From an uncultured virus (IMG/VR IMGVR_UViG_3300021375_000026) (taxonomy: Duplodnaviria > Heunggongvirae > Uroviricota > Caudoviricetes): DNA of 64,000 nt. A model generated the notes under the pieces. That model ran no database searches. It was not told the DNA's origin and saw nothing but the letters and a program-made list of their open reading frames with translations. Positions within the stretch are counted from its first letter, which is position 1. Each line of letters begins with the position of its first letter. Positions 9,601-20,017 of the stretch are shown piece by piece. A program made the translations under genes and the position numbers. The DNA lies in the IMG/VR virus record IMGVR_UViG_3300021375_000026, one strand, 5' to 3'.

Positions 9601-12600
9601 CGTTTGCTAGGGTAGCATCCGACAATAATCTATATTGAGCCGGATGTTCACCTGCAATATCTCCTGTTGTTTGATATGAAGAGATTGCTTCCGCCCAATA
9701 ATTATCTATTAGTGCAGGGAAACCCTGTCTTACTTGTACGTAATCTCCTAAATCAGTACCTAAACCGGAAGCCTGTCCTGTTCTACCCCCATTTGTGTGA
9801 GTATTAAGGTTAAAGAAAGGAGAAGAGTCTATAATTAATAAAGCACCCCCCTTATCTTCCCAATCGTGATAGTGTGAAAAGTCTTGTTCACTTCCTGTTG
9901 TTGTGTAAAAATAACCTTTAGAATTACTACCGCCTGTAATAGACATAGTAGCACTAGAAAAGGCAGTAGACGTAACTAAATATCCGCTTTGTGTATCTGT
10001 TATAGTATGGTAGCCATCGTGAGATGCAGTACCTACTAAGTAAACTAAATCACCATTAGCAAATCCTGTAATTGGTGTTGATGCGCTGTTAATTCTTAGT
10101 TTTCCGTTTCCGTCATTCTGTATAGGATTTGTGATTGCTAAGTTTTTAGGGTCAGAATAATTTACAGGTTTGGAAAAGGGTTTGTTTGTAATTGGTTCAG
10201 TAGTAGTATCAAGATTCCATATATTTATATCTTTATTTACCTCTAAACTACCAAAAGTATCTACATTACCATTTTCATCAAATTGGTCTGCGTAGTACAT
10301 TTGTATATCATAGTTATCTTCTAGTGGGTATTGTAAACCAAATGATTGTTTTCTTTGTGAACCATCTGCGTCTGCTAAACCATTGTTTCTCATGTCAGCC
10401 CAAAGTAACCAAAGGTGTTTATAGTCATCACTTATATTTTGAAACTTAATTTTATGACCCGAACCACTCATTTTAAAGTTTATGTATTTACACCCTATTA
10501 GATAATATTTACTATTGGTATTTATTTTACCTTCATAAACAAACTTACCTTTAAACGCATCAACATTTCTATTAGGCATAAAAGTACTATTATCCCATAT
10601 TTCCGCTACCCCACTACTAGGGGCATTAGAATAAGCAGTAGAACTTATTTCTATTATTTTAGTTGAGGGGGTTACAGAAGTGTCTAGTACTAATTGATTA
10701 TCATAATTACTACCTATTTGTAATTCACCTATTTTACCAAACTGATACCTAAACCATAATGAGTTAGGTAAATCTCTCATCCATCGTGCGTGTATAGCCC
10801 TGTTTAATAACGGCAATCCATTAGTTGTTACAAAAGCGTTGGGTACAGTACCACTATCTTTAGACCATTCAAATCTGTCGTTGTTAGTGAGTAATGAGTC
10901 TTGTTCGGCTACGGCATCAAATACAGAACTTCCTGCTGCAAAATTAGTGGAAACACCACTAACGCCTGTTAAAGTGTTACTACTTTTTCCTGTCCATGTA
11001 AAAGTATTATTTGTTGCTGCGCTATTTGCTGTTCCTAATCTACCTGTACCACTAGTAGAAAATAAACTAGCATCTGTTAAAACTAAACTAGATGCGCCCG
11101 AAGAAGCGGCATTTGCTAACGTAGTTTCGGGAGAATATAATCCATGTTCCGCTAATGATGATGGGTATTCTGTAAAAGTTTGTACTACCCAAACAGGTGT
11201 TGCCGACCAAGACCCAACAGAAGTTACGGTACTATTATAGTTGTTAAAATAACCCATAATTTTATGTACGCTTTTCACTTTATGTCTATTTAAATATGCG
11301 GAGTTAAGTGCTGTTGTATTATCCATAGCCTCTTTATTAATGTAAAAATAATCACCAACTTCTAAAGACGGGTCTGCATCATAATATACATTCATATACC
11401 AAGGCCCATTATGAGGTGTTAAATCACTATATACAGGCCGATGACTATTCCAATTAGCCCAAGCACTAGCCATTTGTGCTTGTACTCCCGCAGCACTAAG
11501 TCCACTAAAATTAATTCTTCTATCATAATCGGGTAAAGCACTTTGGTGTTTTCCGATATATATTATTTTAGCAGTTTCAGCAGAAAAAGCCAAATCACCG
11601 GAAGCAAAAGTTAAGGTAGCACCACTAACTGCTGTTGGTGTAATGTTAGTAGCATTATGATTTGTGCTTTTTATAGTAACTGCTGTTGATGTTGTTATAG
11701 TATGAGTGCTACTATTTAAATACACTAAAGTATTGCCGGAAGTATCTTTTTGAAAACCTAAAATATTTATACCCTCATAATTATCTTCGATATTATTTGG
11801 GCCATATACTGTGTTTTCATTATTATACATTTGTATAGGCAAACCGGAGTTTTGTTGCGTTCTTTGTGTTGACGTTTCTAAATAACTACTATCACTATCA
11901 AACCCAACATCACTACCTGTAAGTTTTAATTTTGTAGCCCCTAGATTCATTATTTCTTGAAACCCTTGAGCGTCATACAACCAATAAGGGGTTTCTGATA
12001 TTTCGGTATCTAAAGACTCTTGACCTATTTCCCAAAGTGGTACTTGTCTATCTAAAAACGATAAAGAATCTTTTGCGGTAAAACTTAAATCTCTTTTTCT
12101 CCCTTGTTGGTTTATTTTAAAGTTATCTATTTCCCCCCTCCAAATAGGTCTATCTATTCTACTGTCAATATCAGCAAAAAATAAAACTTGCCAATCTAAA
12201 GGAGTACTGTTAGTAAATAAAGAAGTTATATTTTCTATGTAATCACTAGTGTTAGTACCCGTAGAACCATTAAATCTTTTTGGGTCATCGGATATATTTA
12301 CCTTAAAAACACTAATACCGTTATTACTTTTACTAAGTTGTGCGTTATTAATTTGTACTTCTTCGGTAGTAGTTATATCATTAGTAAGATACCTTACCAT
12401 ACCTACTCGGTCTAACATTAAATATGATACGTAACCAAAATTACCGTCTGTTGTTTCTTGGCTATTGACAGTCATTTGCCACCCATACATATCTGATGGG
12501 TCAACTCCTGTACCACTAGCGAGAGAGCCGTTTAGTACAACCCTAGTACCATTAACATAAACATCGTATTTACCTGTTGAGTATTTCATTACAAAATCAA

Positions 12601-13666
12601 TATCTAACCAAGCATCATCATTACTATATGATTGTAAATTAGAGCCATCATACAAAAGACCATAAGAATCATACGCATTTATTATTCCCGAAAAAGTATT
12701 ACTTAAGTCTAAAGTATAATCTATTTCCGGTGTACCGGAATGACCTGCATCAGATGTTAATAAAGTAGATGTAGGGCTAGGAAAACCTATCTCAAACTTT
12801 ATACCTACTTCATCCCATTGGGTAGAACCTTCTGCAATAAAACTTCTTAATGCTAGTCTAGTAGTAAAAACATCCCTATCTAAGCGCGAGTTTAATTTAC
12901 CATCATATATAATAGTTGGTACATTAGGAGAGTCATTATCAATGTGTTTTCTAACTGTTTGAACACATAAAAAAGGTTGTTTTGAAGGGGAAGTAACTTC
13001 GGCAAATACTTTAGGTGGAGAGGTAGTAATGTCATTGTATTCGGCTGTGCTTTGCGTTAATTTTTCTCCCATCCAAGAGCCTGTAAGATGCGCTCTTTGT
13101 ACGAAGTTTCCTGTGGTAGAAATAAATCCTGCGTTTTCTGCTGCGTAGTTTGTAGCCGTAAATCTTTTCATATCTGCTCTACCAAATGTTGCGTCATTAT
13201 CACCGACAGATACTATGTAAGACCCACTAGTGTCATGTCCGTTTACAAATCTTTGATAACCTACATTTCCTTCGGATGTACTACCGCCAAATCTATACCT
13301 GTTAGCAACGTGTCCATCGGGATATTGTAATTGTATTCTACCCTCCCAATCTGATGCGTTATTTCTTTTGGTGTCTAAACTTAGCCACTCAAAAACTCCG
13401 TTGTTACGTAAATATTGATTTACGTCGTTTGTACCTAAAAGTGTAGTATCGTAGTTAGTTTTTTTTGCCCTTTCTACAATAGACCAACGATAACGAGGGT
13501 TGAGAGAAGCCTCGCCGTTCATAGGATTTCCAAAATGACTTACCGTTACTGCGTATGATGTATCGGAAGGTTGTTGTAGGTTATCGGGAATAGCCCTAGC
13601 GCCGTTAAAATCATCGTAATAACCTGCTATCCATATCTGATATTTTTTCGATACTGTTCTTACCAT
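6605..13666 (-). CDS. Very large tail-tip/baseplate-hub-like virion protein (2353 aa)
   Basis: Immediately follows the tape measure gene; S/T/N/G-rich, beta-strand-like composition. Confidence 0.65.
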   Translation of the reverse strand: MVRTVSKKYQIWIAGYYDDFNGARAIPDNLQQPSDTSYAVTVSHFGNPMNGEASLNPRYRWSIVERAKKTNYDTTLLGTNDVNQYLRNNGVFEWLSLDTKRNNASDWEGRIQLQYPDGHVANRYRFGGSTSEGNVGYQRFVNGHDTSGSYIVSVGDNDATFGRADMKRFTATNYAAENAGFISTTGNFVQRAHLTGSWMGEKLTQSTAEYNDITTSPPKVFAEVTSPSKQPFLCVQTVRKHIDNDSPNVPTIIYDGKLNSRLDRDVFTTRLALRSFIAEGSTQWDEVGIKFEIGFPSPTSTLLTSDAGHSGTPEIDYTLDLSNTFSGIINAYDSYGLLYDGSNLQSYSNDDAWLDIDFVMKYSTGKYDVYVNGTRVVLNGSLASGTGVDPSDMYGWQMTVNSQETTDGNFGYVSYLMLDRVGMVRYLTNDITTTEEVQINNAQLSKSNNGISVFKVNISDDPKRFNGSTGTNTSDYIENITSLFTNSTPLDWQVLFFADIDSRIDRPIWRGEIDNFKINQQGRKRDLSFTAKDSLSFLDRQVPLWEIGQESLDTEISETPYWLYDAQGFQEIMNLGATKLKLTGSDVGFDSDSSYLETSTQRTQQNSGLPIQMYNNENTVYGPNNIEDNYEGINILGFQKDTSGNTLVYLNSSTHTITTSTAVTIKSTNHNATNITPTAVSGATLTFASGDLAFSAETAKIIYIGKHQSALPDYDRRINFSGLSAAGVQAQMASAWANWNSHRPVYSDLTPHNGPWYMNVYYDADPSLEVGDYFYINKEAMDNTTALNSAYLNRHKVKSVHKIMGYFNNYNSTVTSVGSWSATPVWVVQTFTEYPSSLAEHGLYSPETTLANAASSGASSLVLTDASLFSTSGTGRLGTANSAATNNTFTWTGKSSNTLTGVSGVSTNFAAGSSVFDAVAEQDSLLTNNDRFEWSKDSGTVPNAFVTTNGLPLLNRAIHARWMRDLPNSLWFRYQFGKIGELQIGSNYDNQLVLDTSVTPSTKIIEISSTAYSNAPSSGVAEIWDNSTFMPNRNVDAFKGKFVYEGKINTNSKYYLIGCKYINFKMSGSGHKIKFQNISDDYKHLWLLWADMRNNGLADADGSQRKQSFGLQYPLEDNYDIQMYYADQFDENGNVDTFGSLEVNKDINIWNLDTTTEPITNKPFSKPVNYSDPKNLAITNPIQNDGNGKLRINSASTPITGFANGDLVYLVGTASHDGYHTITDTQSGYLVTSTAFSSATMSITGGSNSKGYFYTTTGSEQDFSHYHDWEDKGGALLIIDSSPFFNLNTHTNGGRTGQASGLGTDLGDYVQVRQGFPALIDNYWAEAISSYQTTGDIAGEHPAQYRLLSDATLANEGFIKGDKGIPVDDVSKFDDTGVGKLITVFPNKKDTFYFVWNNKLGTKYTSPSSVDSITSITDGTKITNASAGHVTAGLKNGMLIKKITGGVYTREYIIDVVDEENLNVSGTWAAGDTYEVPIQLGKIFMIEEDNISVSAETDLTSLEQAIWDAHSATGQTWDDYGIITDYDLTDDSTTPDSYEVHATVHSQFMLRLLMHVRGDIKNKNSGTFWESDKFRTLWNAAIMDTWLPPTTVKSIYDINNIPITSTMTTYNSINNNDGYGSIVDSRGKTFLSTIKTIKTNSGIGTENNNNISFSYLIGRDNRLEFRPKYNSSKSLTRSNMKVNNLQTTSSAQITNVRVYYNNGKSFVDYPNPNMTDTTRWKILEHPTITQSFEAQVLAKQQYNTYKNSPLKINVEPILEPHEKYKMIGTGRYGYIADSYVALEGTDDDYTKVCNWSRLGTGGALFNGMVNALDGNQKTSTNLYSRYGISKSPATSGDIPWEDNYYWYGSGSISNAVQIVHIPDNTPFVSDNYGEPMRMWVDLKSTQTGTDIDNAEFTIHVADYSFVGETRAIHPTNKSAASVNVKHSGFYELALPSTYSDTSVGNMVVSFNAEYCRALLRHRCGNPTSVNILKVVTTNTNSIFPLGMREYTEMGGFKTTRAEWYAPKVLITRDVSYTPATYVSFTDLGLGLTSENLIIQKVNWNISAGRTEEVSMDLERDESIAVNGLISSLFPEVNQNLQVGTSQSQGQSTGVSQGVYGQGGYVPIPTNPPNEDINDDNQKTEGGKEDGSEEATASFSKRKNTPSLTNNNRMNLVSDMLSGDSRFSILGQTPIPPTPSSMRGMSSMNVSAISGTASMVSEGYVFAGVGLQNSDSSSIKSQEVSIQTSFVVPQDVLSNRVKITASVSHGEFLSNTDYGILYIDVHCIESGSTISNTVNISRGIDRKTITLIPTTPLKGLNTIGNNIRVTLTRKPNTGKDTANETSIILHNLDVKMERASAHTSSSSAKFSTLT

Positions 13667-13674
13667 GCTCTCAC

Positions 13675-16600
13675 CTACGTTGTTGAGAGATTGTAACCTC
13701 TTAGGTTTCCTCTTCCCTCTATCTCTTCTATAATCATGTCTGCTACCTGTGGTACGGTCATACCATTAAAGTTATTTGTCATTATAACTTCGGTAGTAGT
13801 AACTAATGTTTCAACTCCTTGTTGAGTAACCTGTCTAACCAAGTCTCCTGTCAAATTATTTCTATCAAAACCATAGAACATTTCTTCTCTAGTATTAGCA
13901 AAGCCTTGTAATTCATCGTTTAAAACTGAATATTCTTGCGCCAAATTACTTACACCTTCTGCTTCCACACCCATTAATTCATTTATGCTTGTCTTATATG
14001 ATTCAGCAGTAGTTTCTAATTCTTCATAGGTTGTAATTTTATGTAATTCTATAAACGCAACTAAATCTGAATATTCTTCTCTAAACTCCCTAACATCATC
14101 TGTTGCTGTCGCAAAAGCACCGTAACCCTTAAACTCTTTGTCATTTATTCGGAAAATATTTCCGAGTTGATTTAAGAATCTTGTATTAGAGTTATTAATA
14201 GTATCTACTGTTCCCATACTAAAAAAGTTATGTCCATCACTAGTTATGCCTTTGTTTATACTTTCATACATTTTTAAATCATCAAAATATTTTTTAGATG
14301 CTTCCATATTTTCTTTCATATCAGTATTTTGGAAATTAGTAATTCTTCTAACTTGCATCAATGCCGCTATTTCACTTTCTATTGCCGTTATTCTTGCTTG
14401 CGACATTTTATCTTGCGTATCATCTAATCCGTTTAATTCTTTAGTTAATTTTTGTATTTCAGATTCTACATCCATAGTACCGTCTTTCATTATTTCTAAA
14501 ACTCTACCTGTATCTAAAGAAATGCTATTAAATCTTTCTTGTTCATCTGCTGCTTTTTTGGCTTTTTCAGTCCATTTATCAAAAACCCACCATCCGGCCA
14601 TAATTGCGACAACTGCTGCAATACCAATAATACTTTTCTTTAATGCAGCATTAGAAATACCTATGGCCTTTGCTAATTTTATATGAGCAGCACTATATAC
14701 TTCGGTAGTAGCAATACCTACTAATTGTGAAGCATTTTTAACATTATTTGCTTCAAGATGCGCTATTATCTGCGTATTAGTAAGACCTATTGCGGCCGCC
14801 TCTTGTATAAATGCCTTAGTTAACGCCCTCTTAACAAACATTTGTTTTACTGAAATTATTGAGTTATACATCATTTTACCTGTTTGGTAAGCCATAGCCC
14901 CACTAGTCAACGTCATACCTATTCTCATTTCCGTCTGTTGTTTCATAAATGGAACATTAAACATCATAAAGGATGAACCCAATGCGGCTATTCCCATTGT
15001 TATTGTCTGCATACGTTTAGCCTGTTGTTTAGTACCCATCTCTACTGCTTCTTGTAGCATTACTTCTTTTCTTAATTCTCTATCTTTTGCTTCGGCTACT
15101 ACATCATCATAAACTTGTTTTCTTGCTGATATTTCTGCGGCATTTGCGAGAATAATATCTTTCTTTAAATAAGTATTATCTATTTCTTTTTGTATTTCTT
15201 CTTGTCTTTTTGCATGAAACGCTCTAGCCTCTACATCAATTTTTTTCCTACTAGTACCAAGAGATAATTTTGCATCTCTATGTCTTTCCTCTAAATAAAT
15301 TAATTTTGCTTGTTCTCTACTTATTTCTTTTAGACCGGCAAGTTCGGTTTTTCTGAGTTTTTCCAGATTTTTAGACCTAGTCCTAGCGTAGTTTACATTT
15401 CTTGTTCCTAAACCTTTACCTTTTGTTGACTCTTGCCTTCTTTTTCTTTCTGTTATTAATGCTTCTTCTTGATTTCTTCTATTTAATTCTTTTTGTAAAG
15501 CAATCTCATTTGTCATTAAAACAAGACCTTCTTTAGTATGTTCCATACCGGCTATTTTTTCACCATTCAACGCTCTTGTAATTGCTGCTTGTGTTTTTAA
15601 AGCAATATTCATATTTTGTAAAGCCATTATTATACCAAGAGCAGGCCCAACAAAACTTTGTGATAGTTTCGTAAAGGTAACGATAGAATTGATAGCAAAA
15701 CCAAAAAACTTATTTTGCGACAATTGTTCTATTTGTTTTAAAAATACAGTTTGTGCTTCTGTTGCTTTTGTTAAAGCAGGTAATAAATTATCACCTATTG
15801 AACCGGCTACATTTTTATAAGCCGCTTCCGCTTTTTGTAACTTAAATAATTCTGTATCTCTTCTTCTATCTATTTCATCCATAGCAGGGAACATAGCAAT
15901 TGTTGCTTCAAACTCCAACTCCTTTACCCTATCCACGTTTTCAAGTAATTTAATAAGACGGGTATAGTGTCTATTACCCGCTACTTGTTGAGCCAAAGCA
16001 GTCTGTTGTTCACCATTCATTTTTTGATACTCAACCGACAAATCTGATAACACCCTTGACAAAGGTCGCATATTTCCTTCTGAATCTGCTACGGCTATCC
16101 CTAAATCTTCAACCGCTTTTCTTGAGCCGTTAATATCAGCACCAAGCCTAGCATACATCATACGCAAAGCACGACCGCCCTTACCTTGTTCTTCACCCGC
16201 CTCAATAAGAGTAGCGGATAAGGCAGCCATACTTGCTATGCTTTCGTTAGTCAAATCAGCCTGTGATGCGAATTGATTCATAACGAAAGTAATCTGTTCC
16301 ATCGTAGCAACCGACCTGTTTTCAACCGTGTTAAGTTGATTTAATATCCTTATAGAATCTCTACGTATTATATTAGCCTGTTCTTCGGCATTCATACCTT
16401 CTTCGATATTTTTAGTCATAAACTTAGTTTGTTGTTGTAAGTTAATTAATCTTTGCATGGCTGCGTCAGTTTCCATACCACTTATTAGACCAAACATCAT
16501 ACCTATTTCTGTACCCACATCCATAGTAGATGCCCCTAAAACACCACTCAATTGAGCCATTTTAGCACCTGCTAACATAGCCTCATCAGAAGCAAAACCA

Positions 16601-16971
16601 AGAGCAAGACCTATGTCGGTTATACTTTGGGCTACCTCATCCATTTCATCAGTAGGAACATCTAAAAACTTTTCTAATTGTATTCTTGCTTCTTCTATTT
16701 CTTCGGTAAGAGGCATTATTTCTTCTACTACATTGGTAAACATTTCACCTATTTCTTGACCTGCTTCTTGAATACCCATAAAAGTATCTAAGTATAAAGA
16801 CTCAAAAACTGTTTGTGCTGCTTGCGCATCTTGAATTAATCTTCCTGCTTGGAAAGTACCTACGATGTCGAAGAAAACCCTAGACGCACCGGCACGTAAA
16901 ACTAGTAAAGTAATAGCGCATATTATTGGAAATAGACCTGTGAAAAAAGGAAGAATTGTTGCATCAATCAT
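13675..16971 (-). CDS. Tail tape measure protein
   Basis: 1098 aa, helical and Ala-rich. EAGEEQGKGGRALRMMYARL...LGIAVADSEGNMRPL is a TP901-type motif. Follows the chaperone genes. Confidence 0.9.
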   Translation of the reverse strand: MIDATILPFFTGLFPIICAITLLVLRAGASRVFFDIVGTFQAGRLIQDAQAAQTVFESLYLDTFMGIQEAGQEIGEMFTNVVEEIMPLTEEIEEARIQLEKFLDVPTDEMDEVAQSITDIGLALGFASDEAMLAGAKMAQLSGVLGASTMDVGTEIGMMFGLISGMETDAAMQRLINLQQQTKFMTKNIEEGMNAEEQANIIRRDSIRILNQLNTVENRSVATMEQITFVMNQFASQADLTNESIASMAALSATLIEAGEEQGKGGRALRMMYARLGADINGSRKAVEDLGIAVADSEGNMRPLSRVLSDLSVEYQKMNGEQQTALAQQVAGNRHYTRLIKLLENVDRVKELEFEATIAMFPAMDEIDRRRDTELFKLQKAEAAYKNVAGSIGDNLLPALTKATEAQTVFLKQIEQLSQNKFFGFAINSIVTFTKLSQSFVGPALGIIMALQNMNIALKTQAAITRALNGEKIAGMEHTKEGLVLMTNEIALQKELNRRNQEEALITERKRRQESTKGKGLGTRNVNYARTRSKNLEKLRKTELAGLKEISREQAKLIYLEERHRDAKLSLGTSRKKIDVEARAFHAKRQEEIQKEIDNTYLKKDIILANAAEISARKQVYDDVVAEAKDRELRKEVMLQEAVEMGTKQQAKRMQTITMGIAALGSSFMMFNVPFMKQQTEMRIGMTLTSGAMAYQTGKMMYNSIISVKQMFVKRALTKAFIQEAAAIGLTNTQIIAHLEANNVKNASQLVGIATTEVYSAAHIKLAKAIGISNAALKKSIIGIAAVVAIMAGWWVFDKWTEKAKKAADEQERFNSISLDTGRVLEIMKDGTMDVESEIQKLTKELNGLDDTQDKMSQARITAIESEIAALMQVRRITNFQNTDMKENMEASKKYFDDLKMYESINKGITSDGHNFFSMGTVDTINNSNTRFLNQLGNIFRINDKEFKGYGAFATATDDVREFREEYSDLVAFIELHKITTYEELETTAESYKTSINELMGVEAEGVSNLAQEYSVLNDELQGFANTREEMFYGFDRNNLTGDLVRQVTQQGVETLVTTTEVIMTNNFNGMTVPQVADMIIEEIEGRGNLRGYNLSTT

Positions 16972-16973
16972 AT

Positions 16974-17620
16974 TTAATCATCACTACTCTTGCCCTCAAC
17001 AGGCACTCCGCTATCTCTCAATATATCGAGTAGGTCATTGTTGTTGTTTAATAGTTTGCGTTTTTCCCTTCTTTGGTCGCGTCTAGCGACTGCACCTTTA
17101 GCGTCTTTACTCTTTGCTTTTGTAGTTGCTTCATTTATACTATCATTAATATTAGCCGCTATAAGAAGGTCTAAGTCCATTAAATGCTTACCGCCTTCTA
17201 CATTATATTTTAACCATAAATCTGAGGGTAAAACCCCCTTGAAGGCCATACATAGAGAGGGGGCTACTCTAATAAAATCTATAAAGGGATAGCGCCATCC
17301 TTTTCATCCCCTCTTACAAAGGATAATATATTCATTAACTCTTCCGAAGTTAAAATATTTATGTCTATTTCTTCATCTAATATACAATTAGGAATCCACT
17401 CTTCAATTTGTTTTTGAATGCCTGCCCCATATTCATCAATATAATTAGCAAACTCTTCGTTTTGTTCGTCTGTCCAATTTTCTACTTCACCCGCATGACG
17501 CATTTTTCTAAATGCTTTTCCTTGCGCATTAGTAATTGCTAGTTTTTCCATACCGGAAACTTGCCTAACCCAAATCTTTGTTCCATCTTCTAATTCTATT
17601 TCTTTCTTCATTACCGGCAT
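16974..17620 (-). CDS. Tail assembly chaperone G (17279-17620) and G-T fusion (~215 aa) via -1 frameshift
   Basis: Lies between tail tube and TMP. Slippery heptamer C CCU UUA just before the stop; the -1 frame is open into ORF 16974-17249. Confidence 0.8.
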
Positions 17621-17677
17621 AATACCACACTCTCGCTCTCGCTAATACTATGTAAAAGGTATTCCTTTAATAAAGAA

Positions 17678-17872
17678 TTACTCTTCTTCGTCTATTTTTA
17701 CGGGAACAATAACTTTTGCTTTAGTAATTTTAGGTGTGGGTTTTGTCGCCAAAGGAAATCTTCGGCAGTATTTTTTTATCCTTAATTTATTACCGATAGC
17801 AATAATACTCTCCATCTGTTCAGCAGGTATTTCCCTACCTAATGATTTAATGAAATCTTTCAAGTTAAACAC
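17678..17872 (-). CDS. Small basic hypothetical protein
   Basis: 64-aa ORF packed between the tail tube and chaperone genes. Confidence 0.5.
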   Translation of the reverse strand: MFNLKDFIKSLGREIPAEQMESIIAIGNKLRIKKYCRRFPLATKPTPKITKAKVIVPVKIDEEE

Positions 17873-17873
17873 C

Positions 17874-18902
17874 TCATAGCGGGAAGGCAGTAGAGCCTAA
17901 TGCGCCGCCTTTTGCTGTAATGTCCATACAACCTTTGTTGTTATCATATAGTGCTACGAAACCAACAGACATTGTTTGTGAATCTCTTCCACTTACGTTA
18001 GAAGTAGGCGTTTCCCAACGAATATTGTAAAAGTTAAACTTTATGTAATTATCCGCAGGTGTATCTTCTTCTGTAAAATGTAGTGTCATAACAGGGTTAG
18101 TACCGTCATTATATGCAAGACCTTTTGATGTTACTAAAGATGTGTAATCCGGCTCGTCTAATGCTTGGTCGCCATAAAGTACTTTGTTAAACTCTACTGT
18201 TCCTGTAACTTCTCTACGCTGCATTTTTGGTTTGCTGCTGTATGTGCTGTCTCCTAAAGCCATAGCGTTATCTGTATCGGGGTTAAGGCTAATTTGGAAA
18301 TCAATTGATTTAACACTTGCTGATGCCGCCGGTGCATCACCTGTTCCATCGTCAAACAATACTGTTCCGTTAGAAAAGTAAAGAGCGTCTAATGCGTCTC
18401 CCTCAAAAACAATTGCTGTGTCTGAAATAGCGGCTTGTGTTGCTTTTTCTCTACAACCTACGAAATCAGCACTCATCATAACGTATTCTCCTACGGATGC
18501 TGTTAGTGATAAGGTATTTGCTACCATACCTGTGTAAGTGTGTATTTTCTCTTCTCTTCCTACGTCAATAGTAAAGGAATCATACTCATCTGCCGCTACC
18601 GCAGGCTCTTTAAATGTATGAATGCTATTAGCAAAAGTTGCTTTTGGGAAAAATGCCGCTAAGGTATTACCTAAAAACTCATCTAGTTGAACGGCCATAT
18701 TATAGCCTCCTTCTGAATATTCTTTGCCTGTTACTGATTTACCAACAATTGCCCTACTCATATCTTGTCTTGTAAGTAAATCCATTCTTGTTGCGAATGA
18801 TTCATCATCAACTTCTCCAAAAGTAGTTGGGGCTACTTCTGTGCCGTATGCGCTTGCGCTTTCTTTTCCTAATGCTACGTATCTATTTAAGAACTCTACC
18901 AT
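17874..18902 (-). CDS. Major tail tube protein
   Basis: YVALGKES..YGT, SFTIDVG...YTGM...L.LTASVGE, REVTGTVEF; canonical position. Confidence 0.85.
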   Translation of the reverse strand: MVEFLNRYVALGKESASAYGTEVAPTTFGEVDDESFATRMDLLTRQDMSRAIVGKSVTGKEYSEGGYNMAVQLDEFLGNTLAAFFPKATFANSIHTFKEPAVAADEYDSFTIDVGREEKIHTYTGMVANTLSLTASVGEYVMMSADFVGCREKATQAAISDTAIVFEGDALDALYFSNGTVLFDDGTGDAPAASASVKSIDFQISLNPDTDNAMALGDSTYSSKPKMQRREVTGTVEFNKVLYGDQALDEPDYTSLVTSKGLAYNDGTNPVMTLHFTEEDTPADNYIKFNFYNIRWETPTSNVSGRDSQTMSVGFVALYDNNKGCMDITAKGGALGSTAFPL

Positions 18903-18954
18903 ATAAATGCCTCTAGTATAGTACGTTCAGGAGATGACTGCCTTATCAATATTA

Positions 18955-20016
18955 TTATCGGTGTCTCATATCTATTCTTCTCATATAAGTAAGAGTTAAG
19001 ACATGAACACAAACAGTCTCGTCATCATCCATTTTTGAGTCTAACTTAGCATCATAAGAAACAATGCTGTCTGTTGTACCCGAAACGCCTGTATTTGTGT
19101 ATAACTCATCGAATACTTCTCCCATAATATTAAGTCCTGCTCGGTAAGCATCTTCATAATTAGTACCCCTAACAGTAATAAACACTCTAACATCATACTC
19201 TTGTGTTATTTTAGCACCTCCCAATGACTCAAAATTAGGTGAGTTTAACTCGGATATTAAAACGTGTATGCTTGGTACAGGTATTCTGTTAAGCATTTGT
19301 GAAGATATGTCGTAGCCATATACTATTGATGAGTCCGGTACTTGTGTTTTTAGATACATCCTATTACTATCTTTTAGTTGTTGGACTATACCAAGACCCA
19401 TTCTTGCTAAAGTATCTTGTGCAAAGTCAGATATTAGTAATTCTTCGGGAGAAAAAGCACCAAACTTAGAGTAGTGTATAGCCGCCCATTTTACGCTGCC
19501 GCTAGTGTTACCCCATTTGACTGCTGCGCTGCTTCCTGTCGCGCCTGTGACACTATAATAGGCTATTGCACCACTAAAGTCGTTGACTATTTCGTGGGTG
19601 TATAGTTTTGCCGCCCCTCCTGCTGCTAAAGTTAGTCTTAAGATTAAAGTAACCGGATTCTCTTCTTCTTTTTTCATGTCTAAATCACTAATAGTAACTG
19701 TGCTAGCACCCACTAAACTTAATGATGAATTATTACCTGTTGATTTTACCTCAACTTTATGTGTACCATTATCTAAAGACATAAGAATAGCACCGGAGTC
19801 CGGTGCAGTAGTATATTCAAAGGCCGCAACTAATGTGTAAGACCCACCTGCTTCGGGAGTAATTGTGTATGTTCCGTTAGTAACTACCCAATCACCACCG
19901 GATGCTGAACCGCTACCACTAGCCGACCAACTATCATTAAATGTACCTGTTAACGCAGTAGGGTCTGAACCTGTCATCCTACTATTCCAATACTGTGTTT
20001 TTGTTGCTATACTCAT
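18955..20016 (-). CDS. Tail terminator-like protein with an extra N-terminal beta-sandwich domain
   Basis: C-terminal ~150 aa (PSIHV...YDVRVFITVRG...LTLTY) fits a tail completion protein. Directly upstream of the tail tube; ATG 20016 has a GGTGG SD. Confidence 0.55.
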   Translation of the reverse strand: MSIATKTQYWNSRMTGSDPTALTGTFNDSWSASGSGSASGGDWVVTNGTYTITPEAGGSYTLVAAFEYTTAPDSGAILMSLDNGTHKVEVKSTGNNSSLSLVGASTVTISDLDMKKEEENPVTLILRLTLAAGGAAKLYTHEIVNDFSGAIAYYSVTGATGSSAAVKWGNTSGSVKWAAIHYSKFGAFSPEELLISDFAQDTLARMGLGIVQQLKDSNRMYLKTQVPDSSIVYGYDISSQMLNRIPVPSIHVLISELNSPNFESLGGAKITQEYDVRVFITVRGTNYEDAYRAGLNIMGEVFDELYTNTGVSGTTDSIVSYDAKLDSKMDDDETVCVHVLTLTYMRRIDMRHR

Positions 20017-20017
20017 A

